A stretch of 64,000 nucleotides of DNA from the human T2T-CHM13v2.0 reference genome, Homo sapiens. The notes under the pieces are model-generated. The model made no database searches and had not been told where the DNA came from. It saw only the letters and a list, made by a program, of their open reading frames with translations. This document shows, one piece after another, positions 28,784 to 44,025 of the stretch; position 1 is the stretch's first letter, and every line of letters starts with the position of its first letter. A program made the translations under genes and the position numbers. The stretch lies in assembly GCF_009914755.1 (NCBI RefSeq), contig NC_060925.1; one strand, 5' to 3'.

Positions 28784-31700
28784 ATGGAATGGTCATCGAA
28801 TGAATTGAATGCAATCATCGAATGGTCTCGAATGGAATCATCTTCTAATGGAAAGGAATGGAATCATCGCATAGAATCGAATGGAATTATCATCGAATGG
28901 AATCGAATGGTATCAACACCAAACGGAAAAAAACGGAATTATCGAATGGAATCGAAGAGAATCTTCGAACGGACCCGAATGGAATCATCTAATGGAATGG
29001 AATGGAACAATCCATGGACTCGAATGCAATCATCATCGAATGGAATCGAATGGAATCATCGAATGGACTCGAATGGAATAATCATTGAACGGAATCGAAT
29101 GGAATCATCATCGGATGGAAACGAATGGAATCATCATCGAATGGAAATGAAAGGAGTCATCATCTAATGGAATTGCATGGAATCATCATAAAATGGAATC
29201 GAATGGAATCAACATCAAATGGAATCAAATGGAATCATTGAACGGAATTGAATGGAATCGTCATCGAATGAATAGACTGCAATCATCGAATGGTCTCGGA
29301 ATCATCTTCAAATGGAATGGAATGGAATCATCGCATAGAATCGAATGGAATTATCATCGAATGGAATCGAATGGAATCAACATCAAACGGAAAAAAACGG
29401 AATTATCGAATGGAATCGAAGAGAATCATCGAATGGACCCGAATGGAATCATCTAATGGAATGGAATGGAATAATCCATGGACTCGAATGCAATCATCAT
29501 CGAATGGAATCGAATGGAATCATCGAATGGACTCGAATGGAATAATCATTGAACGGAATCGAATGGAATCATCATCGGATGGAAATGAATGGAATCATCA
29601 TCGAATGGAATCGAATAGAATTATGGAATGAAATCCAGTGTGATCATCATCGAATGGACCCGAATGGAATCATCATCCAACGGAAGCTAATGGAATCAAC
29701 ATCGAATGAATCGAATGGAAACACCATCGAATTGAAACGAATGGAATTATCATGAAATTGAAATGGATGGACTCATCATCGAATGGATTCGAATGCAATC
29801 ATCGAATAAAATTGATTGAAATCATCACCGAATGGAATCGAATGGTATCATTGAATGGAATCGAATGGAATCATCATCAGATGGAAATGAATGGAATCGT
29901 CATAGAATGGAATCGAATGGATTCATTGAATGGAATCAGATGGAATCATCGAATGGACTGGAATGGAATCATTGAATGGACTCGAAAGGGATCATGATTG
30001 AATGGAATTGAATGGAATCATCGAATGGTCTCGATTGGAATCATTATCAAATGGAATCGAATGGAATCACCGAATAGAATCGAATGGAACAATCATCGAA
30101 TGGACTCAAATGGAATTATCCTCAAATGGAATCGAATGGAATTATCGAATGCAATCGAATGGAATTATCGAATGCAATCGAATAGAATCATCGAATGGAC
30201 TCGAATGGAATCATCGAATGGAATGGAATGGAACAGTCAATGAACGCGAATGGAATCATCATTGAATGGAATCGAATGGAATCATCGAGTGGAATCGAAT
30301 GGAATTATGATCAAATGGAATCGAATGTAATAATCATCAAATGAAATCAAAAATAACCATCATCAATTGGTATTGAATGGAATTGTCATCAAATGGAATT
30401 CAAAGGAATCATCATCAAATGGAACCGAATGGAATCCTCATTGAATGGAAATGAAAGGGGTCATCATCTAATGGAATCGCATGGAATCATCATCAAATGG
30501 AATCGAATGGAATCATCATCAAATGGAATCTAATGGAATCATTGAACAGAATTGAATGGAATCGTCATCGAATGAATTGAATGCAATCATCGAATGGTCT
30601 CGAATGGAATCATCTTCTAATGGAAAGGAATGGAATCATCGCATAGAATCGAATGGAATTATCATCGAATGGAATCGAATGGTATCAACACCAAACGGAA
30701 AAAAACGGAATTATCGAATGGAATCGAAGAGAATCTTCGAACGGACCCGAATGGAATCATCTAATGGAATGGAATGGAATAATCCATGGACTCGAATGCA
30801 ATCATCATCGAATGGAATCGAATGGAATCATCGAATGGACTCGAATGGAATAATCATTGAACGGAATCGAATGGAATCATCATCAGATGGAAACGAATGG
30901 AATCATCATCGAATGGAAATGAAAGGAGTCATCATCTAATGGAATTGCATGGAATCATCATAAAATGGAATCGAATGGAATCAACATCAAATGGAATCAA
31001 ATGGAATCATTGAACGGAATTGAATGGAATCGTCATCGAATGAATTGACTGCAATCATCGAATGGTCTCGGAATCATCTTCAAATGGAATGGAATGGAAT
31101 CATCGCATAGAATCGAATGGAATTATCATCGAATGGAATCGAATGGAATCAACATCAAACGGAATAAAACGGAATTATCGAATGGAATCGAAGAGAATCA
31201 TCGAATGGACCCGAATGGAATCATCTAATGGAATGGAATGGAATAATCCATGGACTCGAATGCAATCATCATCGAATGGAATCGAATGGAATCATCGAAT
31301 GGACTCGAATGGAATAATCATTGAACGGAATCGAATGGAATCATCATCGGATGGAAACGAATGGAATCATCATCGAATGGAATCGAATAGAATTATGGAA
31401 TGAAATCCAGTGTGATCATCATCGAATGGACCCGAATGGAATCATCATCCAACGGAAGCTAATGGAATCAACATCGAATGAATCGAATGGAAACACCATC
31501 GAATTGAAACGAATGGAATTATCATGAAATTGAAATGGATGGACTCATCATCGAATGGATTCGAATGGAATCATCGAATAAAATTGATTGAAATCATCAT
31601 CGAATGGAATCGAATGGTATCATTGAATGGAATCGAATGGAATCATCATCAGATGGAAATGAATGGAATCGTCATAGAATGGAATCGAATGGATTCATTG

Positions 31701-34700
31701 AATGGAATCAGATGGAATCATCGAATGGACTGGAATGGAATCATTGAATGGACTCGAAAGGGATCATGATTGAATGGAATTGAATGGAATCATCGAATGG
31801 TCTCGATTGGAATCATTATCAAATGGAATCGAATGGAATCACCGAATAGAATCGAATGGAACAATCATCGAATGGACTCAAATGGAATTATCCTCAAATG
31901 GAATCGAATGGAATTATCGAATGCAATCGAATGGAATTATCGAATGCAATCGAATAGAATCATCGAATGGACTCGAATGGAATCATCGAATGGAATGGAA
32001 TGGAACAGTCAATGAACTCGAATGGAATCATCATTGAATGGAATCGAATGGAATCATCGAGTGGAATCGAATGGAATTATGATCAAATGGAATCGAATGT
32101 AATCATCATCAAATGGAATCAAAAATAACCATCATCAATTGGTATTGAATGGAATTGTCATCAAATGGAATTCAAAGGAATCATCATCAAATGGAACCGA
32201 ATGGAATCCTCATTGAATGGAAATGAAAGGGGTCATCATCTAATGGAATCGCATGGAATCATCATCAAATGGAATCGAATGGAATCATCATCAAATGGAA
32301 TCTAATGGAATCATTGAACAGAATTGAATGGAATCGTCATCGAATGAATTGAATGCAATCATCGAATGGTCTCGAATGGAATCATCTTCTAATGGAAAGG
32401 AATGGAATCATCGCATAGAATCGAATGGAATTATCATCGAATGGAATCGAATGGTATCAACACCAAACGGAAAAAAACGGAATTATCGAATGGAATCGAA
32501 GAGAATCTTCGAACGGACCCGAATGGAATCATCTAATGGAATGGAATGGAATAATCCATGGACTCGAATGCAATCATCATCGAATGGAATCGAATGGAAT
32601 CATCGAATGGACTCGAATGGAATAATCATTGAACGGAATCGAATGGAATCATCATCAGATGGAAACGAATGGAATCATCATCGAATGGAAATGAAAGGAG
32701 TCATCATCTAATGGAATTGCATGGAATCATCATAAAATGGAATCGAATGGAATCAACATCAAATGGAATCAAATGGAATCATTGATCGGAATTGAATGGA
32801 ATCATCATCGAATGAATTGACTGCAATCATCGAGTGGTCTCGGAATCATCTTCAAATGGAATGGAATGGAATCATCGCATAGAATCGAATGGAATTATCA
32901 TCGAATGGAATCGAATGGAATCAACATCAAACGGAAAAAAACGGAATTATCGAATGGAATCGAAGAGAATCATCGAATGGACCCGAATGGAATCATCTAA
33001 TGGAATGGAATGGAATAATCCATGGACTCGAATGCAATCATCATCGAATGGAATCGAATGGAATCATCGAATGGACTCGAATGGAATAATCATTGAACGG
33101 AATCGAATGGAATCAACATCGGATGGAAATGAATGGAATCATCATCGAATGGAATCGAATAGAATTATGGAATGAAATCCAGTGTGATCATCATCGAATG
33201 GACCCGAATGGAATCATCATCCAACGGAAGCTAATGGAATCAACATCGAATGAATCAAATGGAAACACCATCGAATTGAAACGAATGGAATTATCATGAA
33301 ATTGAAATGGATGGACTCATCATCGAATGGATTCGAATGGAATCATCGAATAAAATTGATTGAAATCATCATCGAATGGAATCGAATGGTATCATTGAAT
33401 GGAATCGAATGGAATCATCATCAGATGGAAATGAATGGAATCGTCATAGAATGGAATCGAATGGATTCATTGAATGGAATCAGATGGAATCATCGAATGG
33501 ACTGGAATGGAATCATTGAATGGACTCGAAAGGGATCATGATTGAATGGAATTGAATGGAATCATCGAATGGTCTCGATTGGAATCATTATCAAATGGAA
33601 TCGAATGGAATCACCGAATAGAATCGAATGGAAAAATCATCGAATGGACTCAAATGGAATTATCCTCAAATGGAATAGAATGGAATTATCGAATGCAATC
33701 GAATGGAATTATCGAATGCAATCGAATAGAATCATCGAATGGACTCGAATGGAATCATCGAATGGAATGGAATGGAACAGTCAATGAACTCGAATGGAAT
33801 CATCATTGAATGGAATCGAATGGAATCATCGAGTGGAATCGAATGGAATTATGATCAAATGGAATCGAATGTAATCATCATCAAATGGAATCAAAAATAA
33901 CCATCATCAATTGGTATTGAATGGAATTGTCATCAAATGGAATTCAAAGGAATCATCATCAAATGGAACCGAATGGAATCCTCATTGAATGGAAATGAAA
34001 GGGGTCATCATCTAATGGAATCGCATGGAATCATCATCAAATGGAATCGAATGGAATCATCATCAAATGGAATCTAATGGAATCATTGAACAGAATTGAA
34101 TGGAATGGTCATCGAATGAATTGAATGCAATCATCGAATGGTCTCGAATGGAATCATCTTCTAATGGAAAGGAATGGAATCATCGCATAGAATCGAATGG
34201 AATTATCATCGAATGGAATCGAATGGTATCAACACCAAACGGAAAAAAACGGAATTATCGAATGGAATCGAAGAGAATCTTCGAACGGACCCGAATGGAA
34301 TCATCTAATGGAATGGAATGGAACAATCCATGGACTCGAATGCAATCATCATCGAATGGAATCGAATGGAATCATCGAATGGACTCGAATGGAATAATCA
34401 TTGAACGGAATCGAATGGAATCATCATCGGATGGAAACGAATGGAATCATCATCGAATGGAAATGAAAGGAGTCATCATCTAATGGAATTGCATGGAATC
34501 ATCATAAAATGGAATCGAATGGAATCAACATCAAATGGAATCAAATGGAATCATTGAACGGAATTGAATGGAATCGTCATCGAATGAATAGACTGCAATC
34601 ATCGAATGGTCTCGGAATCATCTTCAAATGGAATGGAATGGAATCATCGCATAGAATCGAATGGAATTATCATCGAATGGAATCGAATGGAATCAACATC

Positions 34701-37700
34701 AAACGGAAAAAAACGGAATTATCGAATGGAATCGAAGAGAATCATCGAATGGACCCGAATGGAATCATCTAATGGAATGGAATGGAAAAATCCATGGACT
34801 CGAATGCAATCATCATCGAATGGAATCGAATGGAATCATCGAATGGACTCGAATGGAATAATCATTGAACGGAATCGAATGGAATCATCATCGGATGGAA
34901 ATGAATGGAATCATCATCGAATGGAATCGAATAGAATTATGGAATGAAATCCAGTGTGATCATCATCGAATGGACCCGAATGGAATCATCATCCAACGGA
35001 AGCTAATGGAATCAACATCGAATGAATCGAATGGAAACACCATCGAATTGAAACGAATGGAATTATCATGAAATTGAAAAGGATGGACTCATCATCGAAT
35101 GGATTCGAATGGAATCATCGAATAAAATTGATTGAAATCATCATCGAATGGAATCGAATGGTATCATTGAATGGAATCGAATGGAATCATCATCAGATGG
35201 AAATGAATGGAATCGTCATAGAATGGAATCGAATGGATTCATTGAATGGAATCAGATGGAATCATCGAATGGACTGGAATGGAATCATTGAATGGACTCG
35301 AAAGGGATCATGATTGAATGGAATTGAATGGAATCATCGAATGGTCTCGATTGGAATCATTATCAAATGGAATCGAATGGAATCACCGAATAGAATCGAA
35401 TGGAACAATCATCGAATGGACTCAAATGGAATTATCCTCAAATGGAATCGAATGGAATTATCGAATGCAATCGAATGGAATTATCGAATGCAATCGAATA
35501 GAATCATCGAATGGACTCGAATGGAATCATCGAATGGAATGGAATGGAACAGTCAATGAACGCGAATGGAATCATCATTGAATGGAATCGAATGGAATCA
35601 TCGAGTGGAATCGAATGGAATTATGATCAAATGGAATCGAATGTAATCATCATCAAATGCAATCAAAAATAACCATCATCAATTGGTATTGAATGGAATT
35701 GTCATCAAATGGAATTCAAAGGAATCATCATCAAATGGAACCGAATGGAATCCTCATTGAATGGAAATGAAAGGGGTCATCATCTAATGGAATCGCATGG
35801 AATCATCATCAAATGGAATCGAATGGAATCATCATCCAATGGAATCTAATGGAATCATTGAACAGAATTGAATGGAATCGTCATCGAATGAATTGAATGC
35901 AATCATCGAATGGTCTCGAATGGAATCATCTTCTAATGGAAAGGAATGGAATCATCGCATAGAATCGAATGGAATTATCATCGAATGGAATCGAATGGTA
36001 TCAACACCAAACGGAAAAACACGGAATTATCGAATGGAATCGAAGAGAATCTTCGAACGGACCCGAATGGAATCATCTAATGGAATGGAATGGAATAATC
36101 CATGGACTCGAATGCAATCATCATCGAATGGAATCGAATGGAATCATCGAATGGACTCGAATGGAATAATCATTGAACGGAATCGAATGGAATCCTCATC
36201 AGATGGAAACGAATGGAATCATCATCGAATGGAAATGAAAGGAGTCATCATCTAATGGAATTGCATGGAATCATCATAAAATGGAATCGAATGGAATCAA
36301 CATCAAATGGAATCAAATGGAATCATTGAAAGGAATTGAATGGAATCGTCATCGAATGAATTGACTGCAATCATCGAATGGTCTCGGAATCATCTTCAAA
36401 TGGAATGGAATGGAATCATCGCATAGAATCGAATGGAATTATCATCGAATGGAATCGAATGGAATCAACATCAAACGGAATAAAACGGAATTATCGAATG
36501 GAATCGAAGAGAATCATCGAATGGACCCGAATGGAATCATCTAATGGAATGGAATGGAATAATCCATGGACTCGAATGCAATCATCATCGAATGGAATCG
36601 AATGGAATCATCGAATGGACTCGAATGGAATAATCATTGAACGGAATCGAATGGAATCATCATCGGATGGAAACGAATGGAATCATCATCGAATGGAATC
36701 GAATAGAATTATGGAATGAAATCCAGTGTGATCATCATCGAATGGACCCGAATGGAATCATCATCCAACGGAAGCTAATGGAATCAACATCGAATGAATC
36801 GAATGGAAACACCATCGAATTGAAACGAATGGAATTATCATGAAATTGAAATGGATGGACTCATCATCGAATGGATTCGAATGGAATCATCGAATAAAAT
36901 TGATTGAAATCATCATCGAATGGAATCGAATGGTATCATTGAATGGAATCGAATGGAATCATCATCAGATGGAAATGAATGGAATCGTGATAGAATGGAA
37001 TCGAATGGATTCATTGAATGGAATCAGATGGAATCATCGAATGGACTGGAATGGAATCATTGAATGGACTCGAAAGGGATCATGATTGAATGGAATTGAA
37101 TGGAATCATCGAATGGTCTCGATTGGAATCATTATCAAATGGAATCGAATGGAATCACCGAATAGAATCGAATGGAACAATCATCGAATGGACTCAAATG
37201 GAATTATCCTCAAATGGAATCGAATGGAATTATCGAATGCAATCGAATGGAATTATCGAATGCAATCGAATAGAATCATCGAATGGACTCGAATGGAATC
37301 ATCGAATGGAATGGAATGGAACAGTCAATGAACTCGAATGGAATCATCATTGAATGGAATCGAATGGAATCATCGAGTGGAATCGAATGGAATTATGATC
37401 AAATGGAATCGAATGTAATCATCATCAAATGGAATCAAAAATAACCATCATCAATTGGTATTGAATGGAATTGTCATCAAATGGAATTCAAAGGAATCAT
37501 CATCAAATGGAACCGAATGGAATCCTCATTGAATGGAAATGAAAGGGGTCATCATCTAATGGAATCGCATGGAATCATCATCAAATGGAATCGAATGGAA
37601 TCATCATCAAATGGAATCTAATGGAATCATTGAACAGAATTGAATGGAATCGTCATCGAATGAATTGAATGCAATCATCGAATGGTCTCGAATGGAATCA

Positions 37701-40700
37701 TCTTCTAATGGAAAGGAATGGAATCATCGCATAGAATCGAATGGAATTATCATCGAATGGAATCGAATGGTATCAACACCAAACGGAAAAAAACGGAATT
37801 ATCGAATGGAATCGAAAAGAATCTTCGAATGGACCCGAATGGAATCATCTAATGGAATGGAATGGAATAATCCATGGACTCGAATGCAATCATGATCGAA
37901 TGGAATCGAATGGAATCATCGAATGGACTCGAATGGAATAATCATTGAACGGAATCGAATGGAATCATCATCAGATGGAAACGAATGGAATCATCATCGA
38001 ATGGAAATGAAAGGAGTCATCATCTAATGGAATTGCATGGAATCATCATAAAATGGAATCGAATGGAATCAACATCAAATGGAATCAAATGGAATCATTG
38101 AACGGAATTGAATGGAATCGTCATCGAATGAATTGACTGCAATCATCGAATGGTCTCGGAATCATCTTCAAATGGAATGGAATGGAATCATCGCATAGAA
38201 TCGAATGGAATTATCATCGAATGGAATCGAATGGAATCAACATCAAACGGAAAAAAACGGAATTATCGAATGGAATCGAAGAGAATCATCGAATGGACCC
38301 GAATGGAATCATCTAATGGAATGGAATGGAATAATCCATGGACTCGAATGCAATCATCATCGAATGGAATCGAATGGAATCATCGAATGGACTCGAATGG
38401 AATAATCATTGAACGGAATCGAATGGAATCATCATCGGATGGAAATGAATGGAATCATCATCGAATGGAATCGAATAGAATTATGAAATGAAATCCAGAG
38501 TGATCATCATCGAATGGACCCGAATGGAATCATCATCCAACGGAAGCTAATGGAATCAACATCGAATGAATCGAATGGAAACACCATCGAATTGAAACGA
38601 ATGGAATTATCATGAAATTGAAATGGATGGACTCATCATCGAATGGATTCGAATGGAATCATCGAATAAAATTGATTGAAATCATCATCGAATGGAATCG
38701 AATGGTATCATTGAATGGAATCGAATGGAATCATCATCAGATGGAAATGAATGGAATCGTCATAGAATGGAATCGAATGGATTCATTGAATGGAATCAGA
38801 TGGAAGCATCGAATGGACTGGAATGGAATCATTGAATGGACTCGAAAGGGATCATGATTGAATGGAATTGAATGGAATCATCGAATGGTCTCGATTGGAA
38901 TCATTATCAAATGGAATCGAATGGAATCACCGAATAGAATCGAATGGAACAATCATCGAATGGACTCAAATGGAATTATCCTCAAATGGAATCGAATGGA
39001 ATTATCGAATGCAATCGAATGGAATTATCGAATGCAATCGAATAGAATCATCGAATGGACTCGAATGGAATCATCGAATGGAATGGAATGGAACAGTCAA
39101 TGAACGCGAATGGAATCATCATTGAATGGAATCGAATGGAATCATCGAGTGGAATCGAATGGAATTATGATCAAATGGAATCGAATGTAATCATCATCAA
39201 ATGGAATCAAAAATAACCATCATCAATTGGTATTGAATGGAATTGTCATCAAATGGAATTCAAAGGAATCATCATCAAATGGAACCGAATGGAATCCTCA
39301 TTGAATGGAAATGAAAGGGGTCATCATCTAATGGAATCGCATGGAATCATCATCAAATGGAATCGAATGGAATCATCATCAAATGGAATCTAATGGAATC
39401 ATTGAACAGAATTGAATGGAATCGTCATCGAATGAATTGAATGCAATCATCGAATGGTCTCGAATGGAATCATCTTCTAATGGAAAGGAATGGAATCATC
39501 GCATAGAATCGAATGGAATTATCATCGAATGGAATCGAATGGTATCAACACCAAACGGAAAAAAACGGAATTATCGAATGGAATCGAAGAGAATCTTCGA
39601 ACGGACCCGAATGGAATCATCTAATGGAATGGAATGGAATAATCCATGGACTCGAATGCAATCATCATCGAATGGAATCGAATGGAATCATCGAATGGAC
39701 TCGAATGGAATAATCATTGAACGGAATCGAATGGAATCATCATCAGATGGAAACGAATGGAATCATCATCGAATGGAAATGAAAGGAGTCATCATCTAAT
39801 GGAATTGCATGGAATCATCATAAAATGGAATCGAATGGAATCAACATCAAATGGAATCAAATGGAATCATTGAACGGAATTGAATGGAATCGTCATCGAA
39901 TGAATTGACTGCAATCATCGAGTGGTCTCGGAATCATCTTCAAATGGAATGGAATGGAATCATCGCATAGAATCGAATGGAATTATCATCGAATGGAATC
40001 GAATGGAATCAACATCAAACGGAAAAAAACGGAATTATCGAATGGAATCGAAGAGAATCATCGAATGGACCCGAATGGAATCATCTAATGGAATGGAATG
40101 GAATAATCCATGGACTCGAATGCAATCATCATCGAATGGAATCGAATGGAATCATCGAATGGACTCGAATGGAATAATCATTGAACGGAATCGAATGGAA
40201 TCATCATCGGATGGAAATGAATGGAATCATCATCGAATGGAATCGAATAGAATTATGGAATGAAATCCAGTGTGATCATCATCGAATGGACCCGAATGGA
40301 ATCATCATCCAACGGAAGCTAATGGAATCAACATCGAATGAATCAAATGGAAACACCATCGAATTGAAACGAATGGAATTATCATGAAATTGAAATGGAT
40401 GGACTCATCATCGAATGGATTCGAATGGAATCATCGAATAAAATTGATTGAAATCATCATCGAATGGAATCGAATGGTATCATTGAATGGAATCGAATGG
40501 AATCATCATCAGATGGAAATGAATGGAATCGTCATAGAATGGAATCGAATGGATTCATTGAATGGAATCAGATGGAATCATCGAATGGACTGGAATGGAA
40601 TCATTGAATGGACTCGAAAGGGATCATGATTGAATGGAATTGAATGGAATCATCGAATGGTCTCGATTGGAATCATTATCAAATGGAATCGAATGGAATC

Positions 40701-41186
40701 ACCGAATAGAATCGAATGGAACAATCATCGAATGGACTCAATGGAATTATCCTCAAATGGAATCGAATGGAATTATCGAATGCAATCGAATGGAATTATC
40801 GAATGCAATCGAATAGAATCATCGAATGGACTCGAATGGAATCATCGAATGGAATGGAATGGAACAGTCAATGAACTCGAATGGAATCATCATTGAATGG
40901 AATCGAATGGAATCATCGAGTGGAATCGAATGGAATTATGATCAAATGGAATCGAATGTAATCATCATCAAATGGAATCAAAAATAACCATCATCAATTG
41001 GTATTGAATGGAATTGTCATCAAATGGAATTCAAAGGAATCATCATCAAATGGAACCGAATGGAATCCTCATTGAATTGAAATGAAAGGGGTCATCATCT
41101 AATGGAATCGCATGGAATCATCATCAAATGGAATCGAATGGAATCATCATCAAATGGAATCTAATGGAATCATTGAACAGAATTGA
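28784..41186 (+). repeat. Run of seven consecutive 1772/1771-bp units all carrying the 4-bp deletion
   Basis: Anchors 28784, 30556, 32328, 34100, 35872, 37644, 39416 and 41187; each B copy reads GGTCTCGGAATC. Confidence 0.92.
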
Positions 41187-42249
41187 ATGGAATCGTCATC
41201 GAATGAATTGAATGCAATCATCGAATGGTCTCGAATGGAATCATCTTCTAATGGAAAGGAATGGAATCATCGCATAGAATCGAATGGAATTATCATCGAA
41301 TGGAATCGAATGGTATCAACACCAAACGGAAAAAAACGGAATTATCGAATGGAATCGAAGAGAATCTTCGAACGGACCCGAATGGAATCATCTAATGGAA
41401 TGGAATGGAATAATCCATGGACTCGAATGAAATCATCATCGAATGGAATCGAATGGAATCATCAAATGGACTCGAATGGAATAATCATTGAACGGAATCG
41501 AATGGAATCATCATCGGATGGAAACGAATGGAATCATCATCGAATGGAAATGAAAGGAGTCATCATCTAATGGAATTGCATGGAATCATCATAAAATGGA
41601 ATCGAATGGAATCAACATCAAATGGAATCAAATGGAATCATTCAACGGAATTGAATGGAATCGTCATCGAATGAATTGACTGCAATCATCGAATGGTCTC
41701 GAATGGAATCATCTTCAAATGGAATGGAATGGAATCATCGCATAGAATCGAATGGAATTATCATCGAATGGAATCGAATGGAATCAACATCAAACGGAAA
41801 AAAACGGAATTATCGAATGGAATCGAAGAGAATCATCGAATGGACCCGAATGGAATCATCTAATGGAATGGAATGGAATAATCCATGGACTCGAATGCAA
41901 TCATCATCGAATGGAATCGAATGGAATCATCGAATGAACCCGAATGGAATCATCATTGAATGGAATCGAATGGAATCATCGAGTGGAATCCAATGGAATT
42001 ATGATCAAATGGAATCGAATGTAATCATCATCAAATGGAATCAAAAATAACCATCATCAATTGGTATTGAATGGAATTGTCATCAAATGGAATTCAAAGG
42101 AATCATCATCAAATGGAACCGAATGGAATCCTCATTGAATGGAAATGAAAGGGGTCATCATCTAATGGAATCGCATGGAATCATCATCAAATGGAATCGA
42201 ATGGAATCATCATCAAATGGAATCTAATGGAATCATTGAACAGAATTGA
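41187..42249 (+). repeat. Short unit, 1063 bp
   Basis: Anchor spacing 1063; junction at ~41933-41936. Confidence 0.92.
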
Positions 42250-44025
42250 ATGGAATCGTCATCGAATGAATTGAATGCAATCATCGAATGGTCTCGAATT
42301 GAATCATCTTCTAATGGAAATGAATGGAATCATCGCATAGAATCGAATGGAATTAACATTGAATGGACTCGAATGGAATCAACATCAAACGGAATCAAGC
42401 GGAATTATCGAATGGAATCGAAGAGATTCATCGAATGGACTCGAATGGAATCATCTAATGGAATGGAATGGAATAATCCATGGACCCGAATGCAATCATC
42501 ATCTTATAAAATCGAATGGAATCATCGAATGGACTCGAATGGAATAATCATTGAACGGAATCGAATGGAATCATCATCGGATGGAAACGAATGGAATCAT
42601 CATCGAATGGAAATGAAAGGAGTCATCATCTAATGGAATTGCATGGAATCATCATAAAATGGAATCGAATGGAATCAACATCAAATGGAATCAAATGGAA
42701 TCATTGAACGGAATTGAATGGAATCGTCATCGAATGAATTGACTGCAATCATCGAATGGTCTCGAATGGAATCATCTTCAAATGGAATGGAATGGAATCA
42801 TCGCATAGAATCGAATGGAATTATCATCGAATGGAATCGAATGGAATCAACCTCAAACGTAAAAAAACGGAATTATCGAATGGAATTGAAGAGAATCATC
42901 GAATGGACCCGAATGGAATCATCTAATGGAATGGAATGGAATAATCCATGGACTCGAATGCAATCATCATCGAATGGAATCGAATGGAATCATCGAGTGG
43001 ACTCGAATGGAATAATCATTGAACGGAATCGAATGGAATCATCATCGGATGGAAATGAATGGAATCATCATCGAATGGAATCGAATAGAATTATGGAATG
43101 AAATCCAGTGTGATCATCATCGAATGGACCCGAATGGAATCATCATCCAACGGAAGCTAATGGAATCAACATCGAATGAATCAAATGGAAACATCATCGA
43201 ATTGAAACGAATGGAATTATCATGAAATTGAAATGGATGGACTCATCATCGAATGGATTCGAATGGAATCATCGAATAAAATTGATTGAAATCATCAGCG
43301 AATTTAATCGAATGGTATCATTGAATGGAATCGAATGGAATCATCATCAGATGGAAATGAATGGAATCGTCATAGAATGGAATCGAACGGATTCATTGAA
43401 TGGAATCAGATGGAATCATCGAATGGACTGGAATGGAATCATTGAATGGACTCGAAAGGGATCATGATTGAATGGAATTGAATGGAATCATCGAATGGTC
43501 TCGATTGGAATCATTATCAAATGGAATCGAATGGAATCACCGAATAGAATCGAATGGAACAATCATCGAATGGACTCAAATGGAATTATCCTCCAATGGA
43601 ATCGAATGGAATTATCGAATGCAATCGAATGGAATTATCGAATGCAATCGAATAGAATCATCGAATGGACTCGAATGGAATCATCGAATGGAATGGAATG
43701 GAACAGTCAATGAACTCGAATGGAATCATCATTGAATGGAATCGAATGGAATCATCGAGTGGAATCGAATGGAATTATGATCAAATGGAATCGAATGTAA
43801 TCATCATCAAATGGAATCAAAAATAACCATCATCAATTGGTATTGAATGGAATTGTCATCAAATGGAATTCAAAGGAATCATCATCAAATGGAACCGAAT
43901 GGAATCCTCATTGAATGGAAATGAAAGGGGTCATCATCTAATGGAATCGCATGGAATCATCATCAAATGGAATCGAATGGAATCATCATCAAATGGAATC
44001 TAATGGAATCATTGAACAGAATTGA

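Larger units (their letters stand above)
21362..30555 (+). repeat. Two copies of a three-unit 4597-bp super-repeat (1059+1766+1772)
   Basis: Anchors 21362/25959, 22421/27018 and 24187/28784. Shared variants: CGAAGGGACC (23061/27658), ATTGATTGG (23481/28078), GAATAGACTG (~24673/29270), CATCACCG (~25226/29823). Confidence 0.9.
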
